Part shown: positions 5,504 through 7,197 of the stretch, piece by piece
Numbering within the stretch: position 1 is the first letter of the stretch
Layout of the letters: each line of letters starts with the position of its first letter
Assembly: GCA_016840425.1 (NCBI GenBank)
Contig: JAEOSI010000116.1
Location: 1 to 7,197, forward strand
Reading direction: 5' to 3'
Length of the DNA stretch: 7,197 nt
DNA from: Candidatus Wukongarchaeum yapensis
Lineage (GTDB): Archaea; Asgardarchaeota; Wukongarchaeia; Wukongarchaeales; Wukongarchaeaceae
Notes under the pieces: generated by a model
Databases searched by the model: none
What the model saw: only the letters and a program-made list of their open reading frames with translations
Told to the model about the DNA's origin: nothing
Made by a program: the position numbers and the translations under genes

Positions 5504-6526
5504 TTGGCTTTAAGTTCAAAAGACCGTGTTATGCTTGCTCTTAAGGGCAAGAAGGATGAGATAGACAGGACCCCTGTTACTTGTGCTAATCAGACGGTTA
5601 CCGTAGAGCAGATGGATAACCTAGGGATTTATTGGCCTGAGGGTCATAGTGATGCTGAGAAGATGGCTCAGCTGGGTATGGCCGCTTATAAGCAGTGTGG
5701 TTTGGAAGTGGCCGATGCTCCCTTTGACCAGGCTGTGGAAGCAGAGATACTGGGTTGCGAAGTGGATCTTGGGAAGAAGAAGGAGTCTATACCTAGTGTT
5801 CCCTTCCACGGGTATAAAGAGCCTGGGGATGTCCCTATCCCTGAAGACTTCCTTGAGAAGGGCAGAATACCTACAGTTTTGAAAGCGATAGAGATCATGA
5901 AAAAGGATGTTGGGGAGGAGGCCCCGGTAATCAGCCATACCAATGGTCCCTTCTCCTTGGCAGGTCATTTAGGGGAAATCAACAAAATCTTGATTATGAT
6001 CCTTAGGACGCCTGAGAAGGTTAAGGAGTTTGCAGAGATAGGGATAGACCTTATCGCTGACTACGCTAACGCTCAGTTTGACGCTGGAGCAGATGTGGTA
6101 ACTGTTGAGGACATGCTTGCCTCCACGGACATCCTAAGCCCTCAAATGTATGATGATTTTGCTGCTCCCTTCAACACCGCCTGCATTAAAAAGATTAAAG
6201 GACCCACCATCCTCCATGTGTGCGGTAAGGGAGACCTTATCGTTGAATCTATGATAGGCTCAGGGGCTACTAACATCAGCGTGGACATGGCTACAGACCT
6301 GAACAAAGCTATCCCAAAAACAAGGGGAAGATGCACAATAATGGGCAGCGTAGACACAATTAAAGCCCTCTTCCAGGGTACACCAGAAATAGTAAGAGAA
6401 CAGGTAATTAGCAACATAAGACAGGGCGTAGACCTCGTAGCACCAGGATGTGCTCTATCACCCCTTACGAAAAGCGAACTCATAAAAGCCATGGTAAACG
6501 CATCAATAGAGTACTTCGCTGAATAA
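5504..6526 (+). CDS. mtaA: Methylcobamide:CoM methyltransferase, MtaA/MtbA family (about 340 aa; start revised from 5354 to TTG 5504)
   Basis: URO-D-like family features: KDRV..ALKG....D.TPV, YWPE.H..AE.MA.L, VEAE.LGCEV, zinc-ligand motifs LHVCG and APGC. GAGGTG SD at 5492-5497 lies 6 nt before in-frame TTG 5504. The tracked 5354 start overlaps mtaC and translates the T-rich terminator. MtaA rather than MtbA is inferred from context only. Confidence 0.88.
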   Translation: MALSSKDRVMLALKGKKDEIDRTPVTCANQTVTVEQMDNLGIYWPEGHSDAEKMAQLGMAAYKQCGLEVADAPFDQAVEAEILGCEVDLGKKKESIPSVPFHGYKEPGDVPIPEDFLEKGRIPTVLKAIEIMKKDVGEEAPVISHTNGPFSLAGHLGEINKILIMILRTPEKVKEFAEIGIDLIADYANAQFDAGADVVTVEDMLASTDILSPQMYDDFAAPFNTACIKKIKGPTILHVCGKGDLIVESMIGSGATNISVDMATDLNKAIPKTRGRCTIMGSVDTIKALFQGTPEIVREQVISNIRQGVDLVAPGCALSPLTKSELIKAMVNASIEYFAE

Positions 6527-6590
6527 TTCTTTAAATAAAAAAGTAGAATTAGAATTGTCTGTCTTAGCGGCTCTTAATTCCTTCAATCCA

Positions 6591-6611
6591 TTTTTTTTTC
6601 ATTGTTTTTTT
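6591..6611 (+). terminator. Oligo-T terminator candidate after mtaA
   Basis: T9 at 6591-6599 and T7 at 6605-6611. A6 at 6537-6542 gives a T6 for the convergent regulator transcript. Confidence 0.55.
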
Positions 6612-6632
6612 GGTAGCTAGTGTTGGTTATAA

Positions 6633-7197
6633 TTAGGTTTCATTTGTTTCATTTGAAAGTCCTTTTTTTAGATTATATCGAATGAAAACCTTGTCGAAAT
6701 TTACGTCTTTTTTCTGTTTTGAAGGTTTTTTCTTTTTCTTCTTTTCTTTTTCTTCTTCTAGGTTGTATCGGATGAAAACTTTGCTGAAATCTATTTTTTT
6801 GGGGGTTGATTTTTCCATTGTTTTTTCTTTTTCTTCTTTTCTTTTTCCAAATAAATCGATGGGTTTCCCTGGCGCTATTTTTAGCCCATGTTCTAGAAAA
6901 ACTTCTTTTTCTTCTTTATCTATTTCTTCCTCCTCTATTTTACTTTCTTCTATGATCTCGATTATCCGGTGACCTTTAGGGGTTATAACCCAAAACTTCA
7001 TGCTCAAAGGCTTATTTTCATCTTCCTTTTTTACGAACTCAACTAGTCCTAAATCTTCAAAAATTTTTAGGGCAGCGCTGACATTTCGAGAAGCTGTTTT
7101 AATTTTTTTCGCTATTTGGTTAACATAGCTTGGTAAAGACTGTTCTGCGAGAAATTTAAGGACTTTTCGACGGACTTTGCTTCTTTCAAGCAACTCT
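6633..7197 (-). CDS. ArsR-like winged-HTH transcriptional regulator with charged low-complexity tail; 5' end probably outside the window
   Basis: RSKVRRKVLKFL...PSYVNQIAKKI.....NVSAAL..FEDLGLVE......FWVITPKG fits an archaeal wHTH helix/wing pattern. The tracked start is TTG 7193-7191, but the frame stays open (GAG at 7196-7194) to the window edge. Confidence 0.8.
   Translation of the reverse strand, partial: ELLERSKVRRKVLKFLAEQSLPSYVNQIAKKIKTASRNVSAALKIFEDLGLVEFVKKEDENKPLSMKFWVITPKGHRIIEIIEESKIEEEEIDKEEKEVFLEHGLKIAPGKPIDLFGKRKEEKEKTMEKSTPKKIDFSKVFIRYNLEEEKEKKKKKKPSKQKKDVNFDKVFIRYNLKKGLSNETNET
6669..6790 (-). repeat. Imperfect 32-nt duplication, 90-nt period, encoding F-x-KVFIRYNL twice
   Basis: 6669-6700 versus 6759-6790: 26/32 identical. 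Encodes NFDKVFIRYNL and DFSKVFIRYNL. Confidence 0.9.

Noticed and set aside
5071-6492. Tracked minus-strand ORFs 5071-5310, 5621-5968, 5686-5943, 6142-6492 and plus-strand 5649-5882
   Set aside because: All lie within mtaC or mtaA in alternative frames with no independent signals. The HCCCH run in 5071-5310 is the antisense reading of mtaC codons.
6669-6790. CRISPR-like reading of the 32-nt repeat pair
   Set aside because: Only two imperfect copies, inside a CDS, with mismatches at codon third positions, and no cas genes.
6682-6972. Tracked 96-aa Phe/Ser-rich plus-strand ORF with a repeated MKTL
   Set aside because: Antisense reading of the regulator's K/E-rich tail. The synonymous pattern fits selection on the minus-strand frame.
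1-7197. Assigning the host as a methanogen or to a named lineage
   Set aside because: No mcr or marker genes in the window, and mtaABC also occurs in non-methanogenic methylotrophs.

Overview
Archaeal-looking 7.2 kb locus (TATA/BRE promoters, GGAG/GGTG Shine-Dalgarno sites, oligo-T terminators, group II chaperonin) with all three methanol:CoM-type methyltransferase components, in an unusual layout. The 5' end of mtaB (1-285, minus strand, absent from the ORF track because it runs off the window) points away from mtaC (4600-5400) and mtaA (likely start TTG 5504-6526). Between them is a lower-GC block: a small CxxC/CxxC zinc-ribbon ORF, a 242-aa hypothetical protein, a divergent thermosome subunit with both catalytic aspartates apparently substituted, and a 16% GC spacer. 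A winged-HTH regulator converges on mtaA from the right edge. The main observation is that this regulator's low-complexity tail has two copies of F-x-KVFIRYNL, identical over KVFIRYNL despite four synonymous changes. This peptide resembles the N-terminal arm of MtaC (here DLRTVFRRYSLE), which in the Methanosarcina barkeri MtaBC structure contacts MtaB. A weaker third copy ends the 242-aa protein. Working hypothesis (inference): an MtaB-docking peptide-mimicry circuit linking methyltransferase assembly to transcription, possibly with a dedicated chaperonin. Reference-family comparisons are from memory, base counts are by hand, and no searches were run. Host taxon and pathway (methanogenesis versus other methylotrophy) cannot be determined from this window.
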